A program made the position numbers and the translations under genes. From positions 1,847 to 65,846 of the forward strand of contig JAJXZF010000045.1 in NCBI GenBank assembly GCA_021780225.1: a stretch of 64,000 nucleotides of DNA, written 5' to 3'. This stretch comes from Deltaproteobacteria bacterium. GTDB taxonomy: Bacteria; Desulfobacterota; Binatia; Binatales; Binataceae. Shown in pieces: positions 10,466-20,354 of the stretch; position 1 is the stretch's first letter, and each line of letters begins with the position of its first letter. The notes below the pieces were generated by a model that saw only the letters and a list, made by a program, of their open reading frames with translations, was not told the origin of the DNA and did not search any database.

Positions 10466-10509
10466 GCACGACCGCGATCGGTAATTCAGTATCGCAGTTG
10501 CGGAAACAG

Positions 10510-10551
10510 CCCGGCGCGCGATTCGTCAAGCATCGCGCGCCGGGTTTATTT
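10510..10551 (+). terminator. Intrinsic terminator after the phosphoesterase gene
   Basis: CCCGGCGCGCGAT / 9-nt loop / ATCGCGCGCCGGG followed by TTTATTT. Confidence 0.75.
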
Positions 10552-10590
10552 AATCGCGGAAAATTTTCGCTCCGATTATCCGCCGCGGCG

Positions 10591-11052
10591 TCAGCCGTCC
10601 TTGAAATTCCGGCCCTTGAGCATCCGCGACACGGTGCATTCCATCACTTCCTCGTTGTTTTGGTTCAGCACGCGATGGATGAAGGTTACGATGCCGCGGT
10701 CGCCCTTGCTGGTCGGGCGCGCCGCCGTCACTTCGACCGTTACGCGCATCGTGTCGCCGGCGAACAGCGGCCGTTTGAAAGCCATCTTGTCCACGCCGAC
10801 CAGCGCCAGCCCGACGCCGTGGATGCATCCGCTAAGAATGATCAGCCCCTCGGTGAATGAAAAAATCAGCGCGCCGGGAGCGAACCGTTTGGGATGGAGC
10901 GATCTGCGTTTTACGTATTCCTCGCTGATGAACAGTTCCTCGAAGAAACCGCCAAGCGCGACGAATTGCGAGATTTCAGCGTCGCCGACCGTTCGCGAAA
11001 GCGTTTCGATCCGATCGCCGACTTTCCAGTCTTCGAAATAGCGGGCGTCCAT
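10591..11052 (-). CDS. MaoC-family dehydratase (hotdog fold)
   Basis: RYFEDWKVGD, RTVGDAEI, FKRPLFAGDT, GIVTF..NQNNEEV. GGAG RBS. Confidence 0.85.
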   Translation of the reverse strand: MDARYFEDWKVGDRIETLSRTVGDAEISQFVALGGFFEELFISEEYVKRRSLHPKRFAPGALIFSFTEGLIILSGCIHGVGLALVGVDKMAFKRPLFAGDTMRVTVEVTAARPTSKGDRGIVTFIHRVLNQNNEEVMECTVSRMLKGRNFKDG

Positions 11053-11091
11053 GATTCTCCTTCCAGAAGCAAATTATTATTGGTCACAAAG

Positions 11092-11862
11092 TCAGTCCCA
11101 CATCAGTCCGCCGTCGACATTGATCGATTGTCCGGTGATATTATCGGCGTCCGACGACGCGAGGAACGCGGCGACCTTCGCGATATCGTCGGACGAATTC
11201 GATCGGCCCAGCGGGATCGTCGCGTCGAGGCGGCGAACCGCTTCCTCTTCGCTCACGCCCCGCTTTGGCGCCATCTCCTTCATCAGCGTATCGAACATGT
11301 GCGTGCGGGTGACGCCGGGACAGATGGCGTTGACGTTGATATTGTGGCGGGCGAGCTGCGCCGCCGCCACCCGCGTCATCGCGATTACCGCGCCCTTCGT
11401 GCCGGCGTATGCGATATTCGACGTGCCGCGATAGCCTTTGCCGGCGATCGACGCGATATTGATAATCTTCCCCGATTTTTGCCTGACCATCTCGCGCGCC
11501 GTCCGCTGCATGCAGAAAAACAGGCCGCGCGCGTTCACCGCGTGCATCCAGTCCCAGTCGGCCTCGGTCACGTCGAAGAAGCCGAGGCTGCGCGTGACGC
11601 CGGCGTTGTTGACCAAAATATCGACGCGGCCGAATTCGGCGGTGGTCCGGCGCACCAGTTCGTCTATTTCCTCGACTTTCGCGAGGTCGGTATGCAGCAG
11701 CAGGCCGCGCCCGCCAAGCTCGCCCATCACCGCTTCGCCGCTGTCGCGATCGACCTCGGCCGCCACCACCTGCGCGCCTTCCGCCGCGAAGCGGAGCGCC
11801 ATCGCGCGGCCCATCCCGCGCCCCGCGCCGGTGATGATCGCAATTTTGTTTTCCAGCTTCAT
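11092..11862 (-). CDS. Short-chain dehydrogenase/reductase
   Basis: TGAGRGMG, NNAG, YAGTK, NAICPG, GQSINVDGG. Start ATG at 11862 with GAAGGAG. Confidence 0.93.
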   Translation of the reverse strand: MKLENKIAIITGAGRGMGRAMALRFAAEGAQVVAAEVDRDSGEAVMGELGGRGLLLHTDLAKVEEIDELVRRTTAEFGRVDILVNNAGVTRSLGFFDVTEADWDWMHAVNARGLFFCMQRTAREMVRQKSGKIINIASIAGKGYRGTSNIAYAGTKGAVIAMTRVAAAQLARHNINVNAICPGVTRTHMFDTLMKEMAPKRGVSEEEAVRRLDATIPLGRSNSSDDIAKVAAFLASSDADNITGQSINVDGGLMWD

Positions 11863-11969
11863 CGCGCGCGTCTCCTTCGATGGATTAACGGGCTTGTAGC
11901 GCAACCGGGTTCCGCCGTACAGCGCGGCGGCGTATGGCCGGGACGCGCGGCGCCGATATACATTGATCG

Positions 11970-14429
11970 ATGGCGATGAGAGCGCGGGTGGTAATCGTCG
12001 GCGCGGCGGGCGGCGTCGAGCAGCTCACCTATGCGATTCCGCCGGCCCTCGCTGGACGCCTCGACTGCGGCCATCGCGTGCTGGTTCCCCTGCGATCGCG
12101 CCGGATGACCGGCCTCGTCACCGAGGTCGGCGCGAATCTCGAAAGCGGCGGCGCCGAGCCGCGCGAAATTATCGAGCTGCTGGAAGCGGCGCCGCTTTTC
12201 GATCGCGCCCATATCCGCCTCGTCGAATTTCTTTCCGCCTATTATCTGGCGTCCGTCGCCGACGCCTATCGCGCCGTGATGCCGGCGGTTGCGCGCGTCG
12301 AATCAGGCCGCGCCTACCAGCTCGGCGCACGGCCCGACCCGCTCCGGCGGGCGGCGCTGAGCACGCTGGAGGGAGCGCTGCTTGACGCGCTCGGCGCGCG
12401 GCCGCGCACCGCCCGCCAGCTTGCGCGCTTTGGCGGCCGCCGCGAGGTCGAGGGCGCGCTGGCGCGTCTCGTCGGAGAAGGACTCGTCGTGGTGCGCGAC
12501 GCGACCCGCGGCCGTCATCGCGATACGACCCGCTTGATGGTCCGCAGCATCGCCCGCGACCCCGCGATCGCGGTGCGGGGCCTGCGCCAGCGCGAGTTGC
12601 TCGCGCGGCTCGATCGCGCCGGCGCGGACGGGATCGAGCTTGCCGCGCTTGCCGCCGGGACGCCTTCCGCGCGCACGGTCGTGAGCGCGCTGTCCGCCCG
12701 CGGCCTCGTCGAAATCGCGCCGGCCGCCGCGCCGGGCGGCGGCGACGGTCGAATTCAGCACGAACCGACGCCCGATCAGGCCGCCGCGATCGCCGCGGTC
12801 GCGCCCGCGATTCGCGATCGCCGCTTCGAGACCTTCCTGCTCTGGGGCGTGACCGCCAGCGGCAAGACCGAAGTCTATCTGCGCCTTGCGGAGGAAGCGC
12901 TTGCGCAAAATCGGCGCGCGCTCGTGATGACGCCGGAAATCGCGCTGGCCGACCAGATCGTCCGATCGTTCCGCGCCCGTTTCGGCGCGCGCGTCGGCGT
13001 CGTGCACAGCGCCCAGAACGTCGCCGAGCGATGGGCCTCGTGGTCGGCCGCGCTGGCCGGCGATTGCCGCATCATGATCGGCCCGCGGTCGGCGGTTTTC
13101 GCGCCGCTGCGCGGCCTCGGCCTGATCGTTGTCGACGAAGAGCACGATCCCGCCTACAAGAACGAAGAAGGCATCCGCTACCACGCGCGCGATCTAGCCG
13201 TCGCGCTCGGACGTTTCAGCGATTGTCCGGTGATGCTCGGTTCCGCGACGCCCTCGGCGGAATCCTTCGTCAACGCGCGGCGCGGACGCTACCGGATGCT
13301 GCGGATGCCGCGCCGGATCGGCGACCGCGCGCTGGCCGAGGTCGAGATCGTCGATCTGCGGGAGCATCCGCACGCCGGCGATCGCAATCGCACCGGTCCG
13401 CCGCATGCGGAACCGCCCCCGCCCGACGCCGTGCCGCTTTCGCCGCCGCTGGTCGAAGCGCTGCGCGCCAATCTCGCCGGCGGCGGCCAATCGGTGATCT
13501 TTCTGAACCGCCGCGGCTATCACAATTTTCTGCAATGCCATCTCTGCGGCAACGTCATCGCCTGCGGCAATTGTTCGGTCAGCCTGACGTTTCATCTGCG
13601 CGACCGATCGCTGCGATGCCACTACTGCGGCGAAAGCGTCGCCGCCCCGGATCGCTGTCCGGAATGCGACGGTTACGGATTGGCGGGACAGGGCTTCGGC
13701 ACCGAGCGGCTGGCGCAGGCGCTTGCGGAAATCCTGCCCGACGCGCGCATCGAACGGATGGACAGCGACACCAGCGGCCGGCGCGGCGCCCGCGGCGCGA
13801 TTCTCGCCCGTCTCGCCCGCGGCGAACTGGATATCCTGGTCGGCACGCAGATGATCGCGAAAGGCTTCGATTTTCCGGGCGTGACGCTGGTCGGCGTGGT
13901 GATGGCCGACTTGACGCTCAACCTGCCCGATTACCGATCGGCCGAGCGGACCTTCCAATTGCTGACGCAGGTGGCCGGGCGCGCCGGACGCGGCGAGCGG
14001 CCCGGCCGCGTGCTGATTCAGACCTACGCGCCCCATCATTACAGCATCCGCGCCGCCCGCGATCAGGATTACGCCCGCTTCATCCGGCGTGAGCTTGATC
14101 TGCGGCGCGACCTGATGTACCCGCCGTTCGCGCGGCTGGCGCTGGTGCGGATCGAAGGAATGGACGCCGCACGCGCCGGCGCGATCGCGGCGGCCGCCGC
14201 CGCGGCGCTTGCCCGCGACGCGAAACCCGACGCGATGCGCGTGCTTGGTCCGGCCCCCGCGCCGATCGAACGGATCAAGGGCCGCTACCGCTTTCAGGTG
14301 ATGCTGAAGGCCAACGAGCTGAAGGACCTGCGCGGCGCGCTTACCGCGATGCGCGCGCAAATCGCGCCGCGCGCCGCGCGCGATCGCGTGCGGCTCGCCA
14401 TCGATATAGATCCCGTCAACATGCTCTGA
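11970..14429 (+). CDS. priA: Primosomal protein N' (replication restart helicase)
   Basis: GVTASGKTEVY, DEEHD, SATPS, four CxxC pairs, GTQMIAKGFDFP, QVAGRAGR, DIDP C-terminus. Confidence 0.97.
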   Translation: MAMRARVVIVGAAGGVEQLTYAIPPALAGRLDCGHRVLVPLRSRRMTGLVTEVGANLESGGAEPREIIELLEAAPLFDRAHIRLVEFLSAYYLASVADAYRAVMPAVARVESGRAYQLGARPDPLRRAALSTLEGALLDALGARPRTARQLARFGGRREVEGALARLVGEGLVVVRDATRGRHRDTTRLMVRSIARDPAIAVRGLRQRELLARLDRAGADGIELAALAAGTPSARTVVSALSARGLVEIAPAAAPGGGDGRIQHEPTPDQAAAIAAVAPAIRDRRFETFLLWGVTASGKTEVYLRLAEEALAQNRRALVMTPEIALADQIVRSFRARFGARVGVVHSAQNVAERWASWSAALAGDCRIMIGPRSAVFAPLRGLGLIVVDEEHDPAYKNEEGIRYHARDLAVALGRFSDCPVMLGSATPSAESFVNARRGRYRMLRMPRRIGDRALAEVEIVDLREHPHAGDRNRTGPPHAEPPPPDAVPLSPPLVEALRANLAGGGQSVIFLNRRGYHNFLQCHLCGNVIACGNCSVSLTFHLRDRSLRCHYCGESVAAPDRCPECDGYGLAGQGFGTERLAQALAEILPDARIERMDSDTSGRRGARGAILARLARGELDILVGTQMIAKGFDFPGVTLVGVVMADLTLNLPDYRSAERTFQLLTQVAGRAGRGERPGRVLIQTYAPHHYSIRAARDQDYARFIRRELDLRRDLMYPPFARLALVRIEGMDAARAGAIAAAAAAALARDAKPDAMRVLGPAPAPIERIKGRYRFQVMLKANELKDLRGALTAMRAQIAPRAARDRVRLAIDIDPVNML

Positions 14430-14445
14430 CAGGATCCGCGCGGCG

Positions 14446-14793
14446 CTATTTTCGGCGCACGATCACGGCCGTTCCATACGCCGCGATCTCGCTCATCATC
14501 CCCGCGATTTCGTTGCAATCGAAGCGCATCGCCAGCACCGCGTTGCCGCCGCGTTCCATCACCGCCAGCCGCAGCCGTTCGATCGCCTGGTTGCGGCTGT
14601 CCGTCAGCAGTTGCGTATAGCCGCGCGCCTCGCCGCCGAACACGGTGCGCAGGCTCGCCCCGAAATTGGAAAAAACATTGCGCGCCCGCACCACCAGGCC
14701 AAAGACCTCGCCCAGCACCTGCGTGACTTCATATCCGGGCAGATCGTTCATCGTCGAGACGATTACTTTGTCGATCGCGTCATCGCTGTCCAT
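14446..14793 (-). CDS. YbjQ (UPF0145) family protein
   Basis: GEVFGLVVRAR, GGEARGYTQLL, GGNAVLAMRFD, AYGTAV. Confidence 0.9.
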   Translation of the reverse strand: MDSDDAIDKVIVSTMNDLPGYEVTQVLGEVFGLVVRARNVFSNFGASLRTVFGGEARGYTQLLTDSRNQAIERLRLAVMERGGNAVLAMRFDCNEIAGMMSEIAAYGTAVIVRRK

Positions 14794-14944
14794 CCGATGA
14801 GCGTAAATGCGCGTCCGGCGGGCGGCAATCCGCTTTTGCGCGGGCCGGCCGGGCGGACGCGCTCAATTTTGCGTAACGCGCCGATTTCGCTACCATCGCG
14901 AATATCGCCGCGCCGGTGCGCGGCGCCGAGGAGCATCGATCGCA

Positions 14945-15841
14945 ATGGAAATTCCGGCGCCGATTCATGAGCTTGACGCCGTGATGGACGACGGGGCCGT
15001 CCTTCGTATCCGCCAACACGGCAATCCCGCCGGTCCGCGCCTTGCGCTGAGCCACGGCAACGGCCTTGCGATCGACGGCTACCTGCCGTTCTGGCAGCCG
15101 CTGTGCGCGCGCTACGAACTGGTTCTGTTCGATTTCCGCAATCACGGTCGCAATCCGCTCCATCGCTTCGCCAATCACAATTGGCCGAATTTCATCCGCG
15201 ACCTCGAGGTCGTCCATCGCAAAATCGAGGCGGAATTGGGCCACAAGCCGATCGCCGGCGTGTTTCATTCCCTTTCGGCCGTCACCGCCACGATGCATGC
15301 GCATCAGTACGGGCGGCGCTTCGATCCGCTGGTGCTGTTCGATCCGCCGTTCTATCCGCGTGACGGCCATCCCTTGCGTGATCGCCACGTCGCCGGCGAA
15401 GACGGCATCGCCGAACGCGCCGCGCGCCGCAACGAAAGCTTCGCCGCTCCGGAGGATCTGGCGCGGCAGTTCCGCAAATACTTTCCCAACTGGGTTCCCG
15501 GCGCGCATGAGCTGATGGCCCGCGCCACGCTGCGCTACGACGAAGCCGGCAAGCGCTGGACGCTCGCCTGCCCGCGCGAGTTCGAGGCGCACGTTTTTCG
15601 CAGCAATCGCGAAACCACCGGATGGACCGCGCTCGGGCGCGTTCCGGCCGCGGTCAAGTTGATTTGCGCCGATCCGAAATTCGGCGACGGCCCGGCGCTG
15701 ATCGGAAAGGCGGTTTCAGCGGAAGCGCCGGTCGAGTACGAGTTCATTCCGGAGACGACGCATTTCCTGCAAATCGAAAAACCCGCCGAGTGTATCCGCG
15801 CGATGGAGACCTTTCTGCGCGCGCGGAAATTCATCGACTGA
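14945..15841 (+). CDS. Alpha/beta hydrolase
   Basis: SHGNG, DFRNHG, VFHSLSA nucleophile elbow, THFLQIEKP. Start ATG at 14945 after GAGGAG. Confidence 0.85.
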   Translation: MEIPAPIHELDAVMDDGAVLRIRQHGNPAGPRLALSHGNGLAIDGYLPFWQPLCARYELVLFDFRNHGRNPLHRFANHNWPNFIRDLEVVHRKIEAELGHKPIAGVFHSLSAVTATMHAHQYGRRFDPLVLFDPPFYPRDGHPLRDRHVAGEDGIAERAARRNESFAAPEDLARQFRKYFPNWVPGAHELMARATLRYDEAGKRWTLACPREFEAHVFRSNRETTGWTALGRVPAAVKLICADPKFGDGPALIGKAVSAEAPVEYEFIPETTHFLQIEKPAECIRAMETFLRARKFID

Positions 15842-15850
15842 CCGGTTCCG

Positions 15851-16711
15851 TTGAACGTGAAAAAATCCTCCGCGCATCCCGAAGCGCCCGCCAAATCGGC
15901 GCGCCGCCGCATCCAGCCGCCGGTCGTCGCGATCAATGGCCTGGTCGTCGAGCGCGACGCCCCTATCCTCAATTCGATCGACTGGCGCGTCGCGCGCGGC
16001 GAGCACTGGGTCATCCTCGGCGCCAACGGCTCGGGCAAGACCTCGATGCTGAGCACGCTGACCGGATACATGCCGCCGACCGCCGGCGAAATCGTCCTGC
16101 TCGGCGAAACCTACGGACGCAGCGATTGGCGCGAGCTGCGCAAGCGCGTCGGCATCATCAGCTCCGCCATCCTCAACCTGATGGAAGGCCACGAGACGGC
16201 GCTGTCCGCCGTGATCAGCGGGCGGCATGCGATGCTCGGGATGTGGGGCGAAGCCGGCGCCGGCGAACGCGCCGACGCGATGCGCATCCTGCGCCAGATC
16301 GAGGCGGCCCATCTGCGCGATCGGCCGTGGCGCTTTTTATCGCAGGGCGAGCGCCAGCGCGTCTTGATCGGGCGGGCGCTGATGGCGCGGCCGGAGCTGC
16401 TGATCCTCGATGAACCGTGCGCAGGTCTCGATCCGGTCGCGCGCGAACATTTCGTTCAGTTCCTCGAACGGCTGGCCCGCCGCCGCGGCGCGCCGACGCT
16501 GCTGCTGGTCACCCATCATGTCGAGGAGATCATGCCGGCCTTTTCGCACGTTCTGGTACTGGCCGGCGGGCGCGTGCTGGCGCAGGGACCGAAGCCGCGC
16601 GTGCTGACGTCGGCGACGCTCTCGCGCGCCTTCGGCGCGCCAGTGCGCTTGCGCCTGAAAGCGGGGCGTTATTCGCTCTCCGTCCGCCCGTCCGCGAAGG
16701 TCGTTATTTAA
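15851..16711 (+). CDS. ABC ATP-binding protein (ModF/YlmA-like); no adjacent permease
   Basis: GANGSGKT, LSQGE signature, LLILDEPCAGLD, VTHHVEEI. Confidence 0.88.
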   Translation: MNVKKSSAHPEAPAKSARRRIQPPVVAINGLVVERDAPILNSIDWRVARGEHWVILGANGSGKTSMLSTLTGYMPPTAGEIVLLGETYGRSDWRELRKRVGIISSAILNLMEGHETALSAVISGRHAMLGMWGEAGAGERADAMRILRQIEAAHLRDRPWRFLSQGERQRVLIGRALMARPELLILDEPCAGLDPVAREHFVQFLERLARRRGAPTLLLVTHHVEEIMPAFSHVLVLAGGRVLAQGPKPRVLTSATLSRAFGAPVRLRLKAGRYSLSVRPSAKVVI

Positions 16712-17126
16712 CGCACGCGAAGAATCGGGATAATCGCGCCAGTTTTGGCGATGCGGCCGCCGCGCCGCCTGAAAACATCGTCTATCGAACGCCAGCCGGG
16801 ATAAATCGTCAAACCGTCTTGGCTCATGGCGGGCGCGACCGAGACTCACCGATATGCGATCGATTAGAATTGCCGCAACGGGAGAAACGGGCGGGCAAGC
16901 TCAAATATCAAGAGAAAATTCCGGGAGTGAGGCGATTAATAAAACCAACTTCATGATTCCGCTAAATCCGGGTTCCGACAAGAGTATTCGTCAAACGAAT
17001 CGCGGAGCTTTGCGGATCTTCCGTTCGTCATCTTACATTTCAAAAAGCTGGTCGCGCGATCCGCAAGATGGATCTTCAAGGGCGTCCGGCGGCTCTGCTA
17101 ATATTGGGTGTTGACGCGCTTAACCG

Positions 17127-17669
17127 ATGGCTCTGCTAAGAATTCGCAAATATCCGGAAGACGTGCTCAAGCAGCCCGCCCGTCCGGTCGAAAATATCAA
17201 CGGCTCGCTCAATTCCTTCGTCGAGAGCATGACCCAGACGATGTACGCCGCGCCGGGCGTCGGACTTGCCGCACCGCAGGTCGGCGACTCCCGCCGGATT
17301 GTCGTGCTCGACACCGATCACGATAATATCGGGAAACATCTCCTTAAGCTGATCAATCCCGTTATCGTCGAAGCCGAAGGATCGATTACCTGGGAGGAAG
17401 GCTGCCTGTCGGTGGTCGATTTCACCGCCGACGTTGAGCGGCACGCGAAAGTGCTGGTCCGCGCATGGACGCTTGACGAAAAGGAAATCGAAATCGAGGC
17501 GGCCGATCTGCTCGCCGTCGCGCTCCAGCATGAAATCGACCATCTCGACGGCCGCCTGTTCATCGACCGTATCAGCCGGATCAAGCGCGAACTGTACCGC
17601 CGCAAGCGCCTGAAGATGATCAAGGAGGGCAAACCCGATGGTAAGCCCCCCGCCGCCGCCCGCATCTGA
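17127..17669 (+). CDS. def: Peptide deformylase
   Basis: GVGLAAPQ, EGCLS, QHEIDH. Confidence 0.98.
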   Translation: MALLRIRKYPEDVLKQPARPVENINGSLNSFVESMTQTMYAAPGVGLAAPQVGDSRRIVVLDTDHDNIGKHLLKLINPVIVEAEGSITWEEGCLSVVDFTADVERHAKVLVRAWTLDEKEIEIEAADLLAVALQHEIDHLDGRLFIDRISRIKRELYRRKRLKMIKEGKPDGKPPAAARI

Positions 17670-17691
17670 AACGCCCGGCGGCGATGCGCCG

Positions 17692-18645
17692 ATGCGGATC
17701 GTCTTTATGGGCACGCCGGCGCTCGCCGCGCATATTCTCGAGCGCCTCGTCGCCGCGTCCGGCGCGGACTTCACGGTCGTCGCGGTGGTCACGCGGCCGG
17801 ACCAGCCGCGGAATCGCGGAATGAAGATGGAGCCGTCTGAGGTCGGCGCGTCCGCCGCGCGCCATCATCTGCCGACCCTCAAACCGACTAAAATCCGCAC
17901 GCCTGAATTTCTTGCCGAATTGAAATCATACGCGCCGGACTTGCTGGTCGTCGCCGCTTACGGCCGAATTCTGCCCAACGGCGTGCTGGATGCGCCGCGA
18001 ATCATGCCGATTAACGTTCACGCCTCGCTGCTGCCCCGCCATCGCGGCGCCGCGCCGATCGAAGGCGCGATTCTTGCCGGCGATCCCGAAACGGGCGTGA
18101 CGATCATGCGCGTGGTCGAGCGGATGGACGCGGGGCCGATCCTGCTGCAACGCGCGATTCCGCTCGCGCTTGATGAAACCCAGGATTCGCTCAAGCAAAA
18201 GCTCGCCGAGCTTGGAGCCTCCGCGCTGCTGGAGACGCTCGCAATCTTGCGGCGCGGATCGATCGCTGAAATTCCCCAAGACGAAAGTGCGGCGACGTAC
18301 ACCGCGCAAATTAAAAAAGAAACTTCGATAATCGATTGGTCCGCGAGCGCCGAGCGGATCGAGCGGATGACGCGCGCGTTCGATCCATGGCCGGTCGCGC
18401 GCACCACGCTCGGCGGCGGCGAACTGATGGTCTGGCGGGCGCGCGTCGCCGATGATCCAGCGCTCGCCGGCTCGGCGGACGCGGCGCCGGGAACGATCGT
18501 TCGCTTGAAGCCGGAACCGATCGTGAAATGCGGAGCGGGTTTGCTCGCGCTAATCGAGGTGCAGGCCGCCGGCCGTCGGCGGATGGCCGCGGCGGACTTT
18601 TTTCGTGGTCGCCGCGTCGAAATCGGCGCCCGTCTCGGTCAATGA
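17692..18645 (+). CDS. fmt: Methionyl-tRNA formyltransferase
   Basis: MRIVFMGTP, VVAAYG, NVHASLLPRHRGAAPI, DAGPI, RAFDPWP. Confidence 0.97.
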   Translation: MRIVFMGTPALAAHILERLVAASGADFTVVAVVTRPDQPRNRGMKMEPSEVGASAARHHLPTLKPTKIRTPEFLAELKSYAPDLLVVAAYGRILPNGVLDAPRIMPINVHASLLPRHRGAAPIEGAILAGDPETGVTIMRVVERMDAGPILLQRAIPLALDETQDSLKQKLAELGASALLETLAILRRGSIAEIPQDESAATYTAQIKKETSIIDWSASAERIERMTRAFDPWPVARTTLGGGELMVWRARVADDPALAGSADAAPGTIVRLKPEPIVKCGAGLLALIEVQAAGRRRMAAADFFRGRRVEIGARLGQ

Positions 18646-20099
18646 GCGAACGACCGCCACGCCAGACCGAACCGCGTCCGCGCGCGATCTTGCGCCGCCG
18701 ACACAAGGCGACGCCGCAACGCGGCGCGTCAGCGCGAAATGACGGCGCCGGGGTTGAAGTGCGGCGCGCCGCCGCGGAAATCCTGATGCGGGTCGAGCGC
18801 GACCGCGCCTTCGCCGACGTCCTGCTGGGCCATCGCCTGCCCGGCTTCGCCAATCCCGCCGACCGCCGCTTGCTGACGCGAATCGTGCTGGGCGCGATCG
18901 CGATGCGGTCGCGGCTGGATCATGAGTTGTCCCGTCTGAGCGCCCGCCCGCTCGATTCGCTCGATCCGGCGGTGCTGGCGATTCTGCGCGCGGCGCTGTT
19001 TCAGATTCGCTTGCTCGATCGCGTGCCGCATCACGCTGCCGTCGATACCGCCGTGACTCTGGCGCGCGAAGTCGCCGGCGGGGGCGCCGCGGGTTTCGTC
19101 AACGGCGTTCTGCGCACCGCTTTGCGGACCGGCTTCGAGACGCCGCCGCGGGGCGCCGATGCGGCCGGATGGCTCGCGCTGGCGGGGTCGCATCCGCGCT
19201 GGATGGTCGAAAAATTTATCGCATGGTTCGGCGTCGCAGGCGCCGAGAAGTTGATCGCGGCAAATAACGAACCGGCGCCGACCGTGCTTCGCCTGAACCT
19301 GGCGCGCGGCGCGCCCGCCGAACTGATCGCGCGGCTGGAAGCCGAGGGTTTCGAGATTGGCGCGCGCGGCCGTCTGCCGGAGACGGTCGTCCTCGCGGCG
19401 GCGCCGCCGTTCGACTCGCGTGCGATGGGCGACGGGCTGTGCCACCTCCAATCCGAGGCGTCGCAGTTGGTCGCGCGGATGCTCGCGCCGGCGCCCGGCG
19501 CGATGGTCGTGGACTGCGCTGCGGCGCCGGGCGGCAAAACCGGCCATCTGGCGGAACTCGCCGGCCTGTCCGGGACGGTCCTGGCCGTCGACCTGAATTT
19601 CACCGGATTGAAAAAGGTCCGCGAGGTGGCGGCGCGGCTCGGCCATCGCCGGATCCTTCCGATCCGCGCCGATACGGCCACAGCCATCCCGTTGCCGGCG
19701 GCGCGTTTCGATTTCGTGCTGCTCGACGCGCCCTGCAGCGGAATTGGCACTCTGCGGGAGCATCCGGAGATTCGCTGGAGGCTGCAAGCGAAGGATTTGG
19801 CGCGATTTTCGGCGGTTCAGTCGGCGACGCTGCGCAACGCCTCAATGCTGCTCCGGCGGGGCGGCGTGATCGTCTATTCGGTGTGCAGCTTTGCGCCCGA
19901 AGAGGGCGAAATGCTCGTGCGCCGGTTCCTCGCGGACCATCGGGATTTTGTGATCGACCGCGACTGGTGCGAACAGAATTCAGGTTCGGCCGCCCAGTGG
20001 TTCGCCGGACTGGTTGATGCTGACGGTATGATGCGCACGCGGCCGGATCAGGGCGGACTCGACGGGTTCTTCGCGGTGCGCCTGAAACGAATCGGCTGA
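18642..20099 (+). CDS. rsmB: 16S rRNA m5C967 methyltransferase (Sun/RsmB)
   Basis: NusB-like N-terminus (GFVNGVLR), SHPRW, DCAAAPGGKT, DAPCSG, YSVCS, DGFF. ATGA overlap with fmt. Confidence 0.95.
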   Translation: MSERPPRQTEPRPRAILRRRHKATPQRGASARNDGAGVEVRRAAAEILMRVERDRAFADVLLGHRLPGFANPADRRLLTRIVLGAIAMRSRLDHELSRLSARPLDSLDPAVLAILRAALFQIRLLDRVPHHAAVDTAVTLAREVAGGGAAGFVNGVLRTALRTGFETPPRGADAAGWLALAGSHPRWMVEKFIAWFGVAGAEKLIAANNEPAPTVLRLNLARGAPAELIARLEAEGFEIGARGRLPETVVLAAAPPFDSRAMGDGLCHLQSEASQLVARMLAPAPGAMVVDCAAAPGGKTGHLAELAGLSGTVLAVDLNFTGLKKVREVAARLGHRRILPIRADTATAIPLPAARFDFVLLDAPCSGIGTLREHPEIRWRLQAKDLARFSAVQSATLRNASMLLRRGGVIVYSVCSFAPEEGEMLVRRFLADHRDFVIDRDWCEQNSGSAAQWFAGLVDADGMMRTRPDQGGLDGFFAVRLKRIG

Positions 20100-20146
20100 A
20101 TTTCCGGACGCCTGCCGGATGCAATCGAGCGCCGGGTCGCCAATAT

Positions 20147-20354
20147 CTAGTGTGGCGTCCCCTGAATAAGCTTACACTCCGCGTCTATTTTGCGCTCGGC
20201 GTGGATGCCCGGATCAAGTCCGGGCATGACACACTCTGTGCGTCATTGCCGGGCCCAGACCCGGCAATCCATCGCTGGCCGCCCCGCGCTGGGCGACCTG
20301 CGCGCCGAGCCGATCAATCGTCAGGCGGAAGTCATTTGCGAGACACTACACTAG
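20147..20354. mobile_element. Putative MITE-like non-autonomous element bounded by CTAG with imperfect terminal inverted repeats
   Basis: Left end CTAGTGTGGCGTCCCCTGAATAA; reverse complement of right end CTAGTGTAGTGTCTCGCAAATGA (16/23 identical). No transposase. Confidence 0.55.
20201..20273. repeat. Inverted pair of REP-like palindromic units
   Basis: GTGGATGCCCGGATCAAGTCCGGGCATGAC (20201-20230) and GTCATTGCCGGGCCCAGACCCGGCAATCCATC (20242-20273). Each is a 9-bp stem hairpin, and the TGAC ends face each other. Confidence 0.75.

Noticed and set aside
16712-17126. About 400-bp intergenic region before def as an sRNA or small gene
   Set aside because: Only a short inverted repeat (TGCGGATC/GATCCGCA) and a -10-like box; no supported ORF or terminator.
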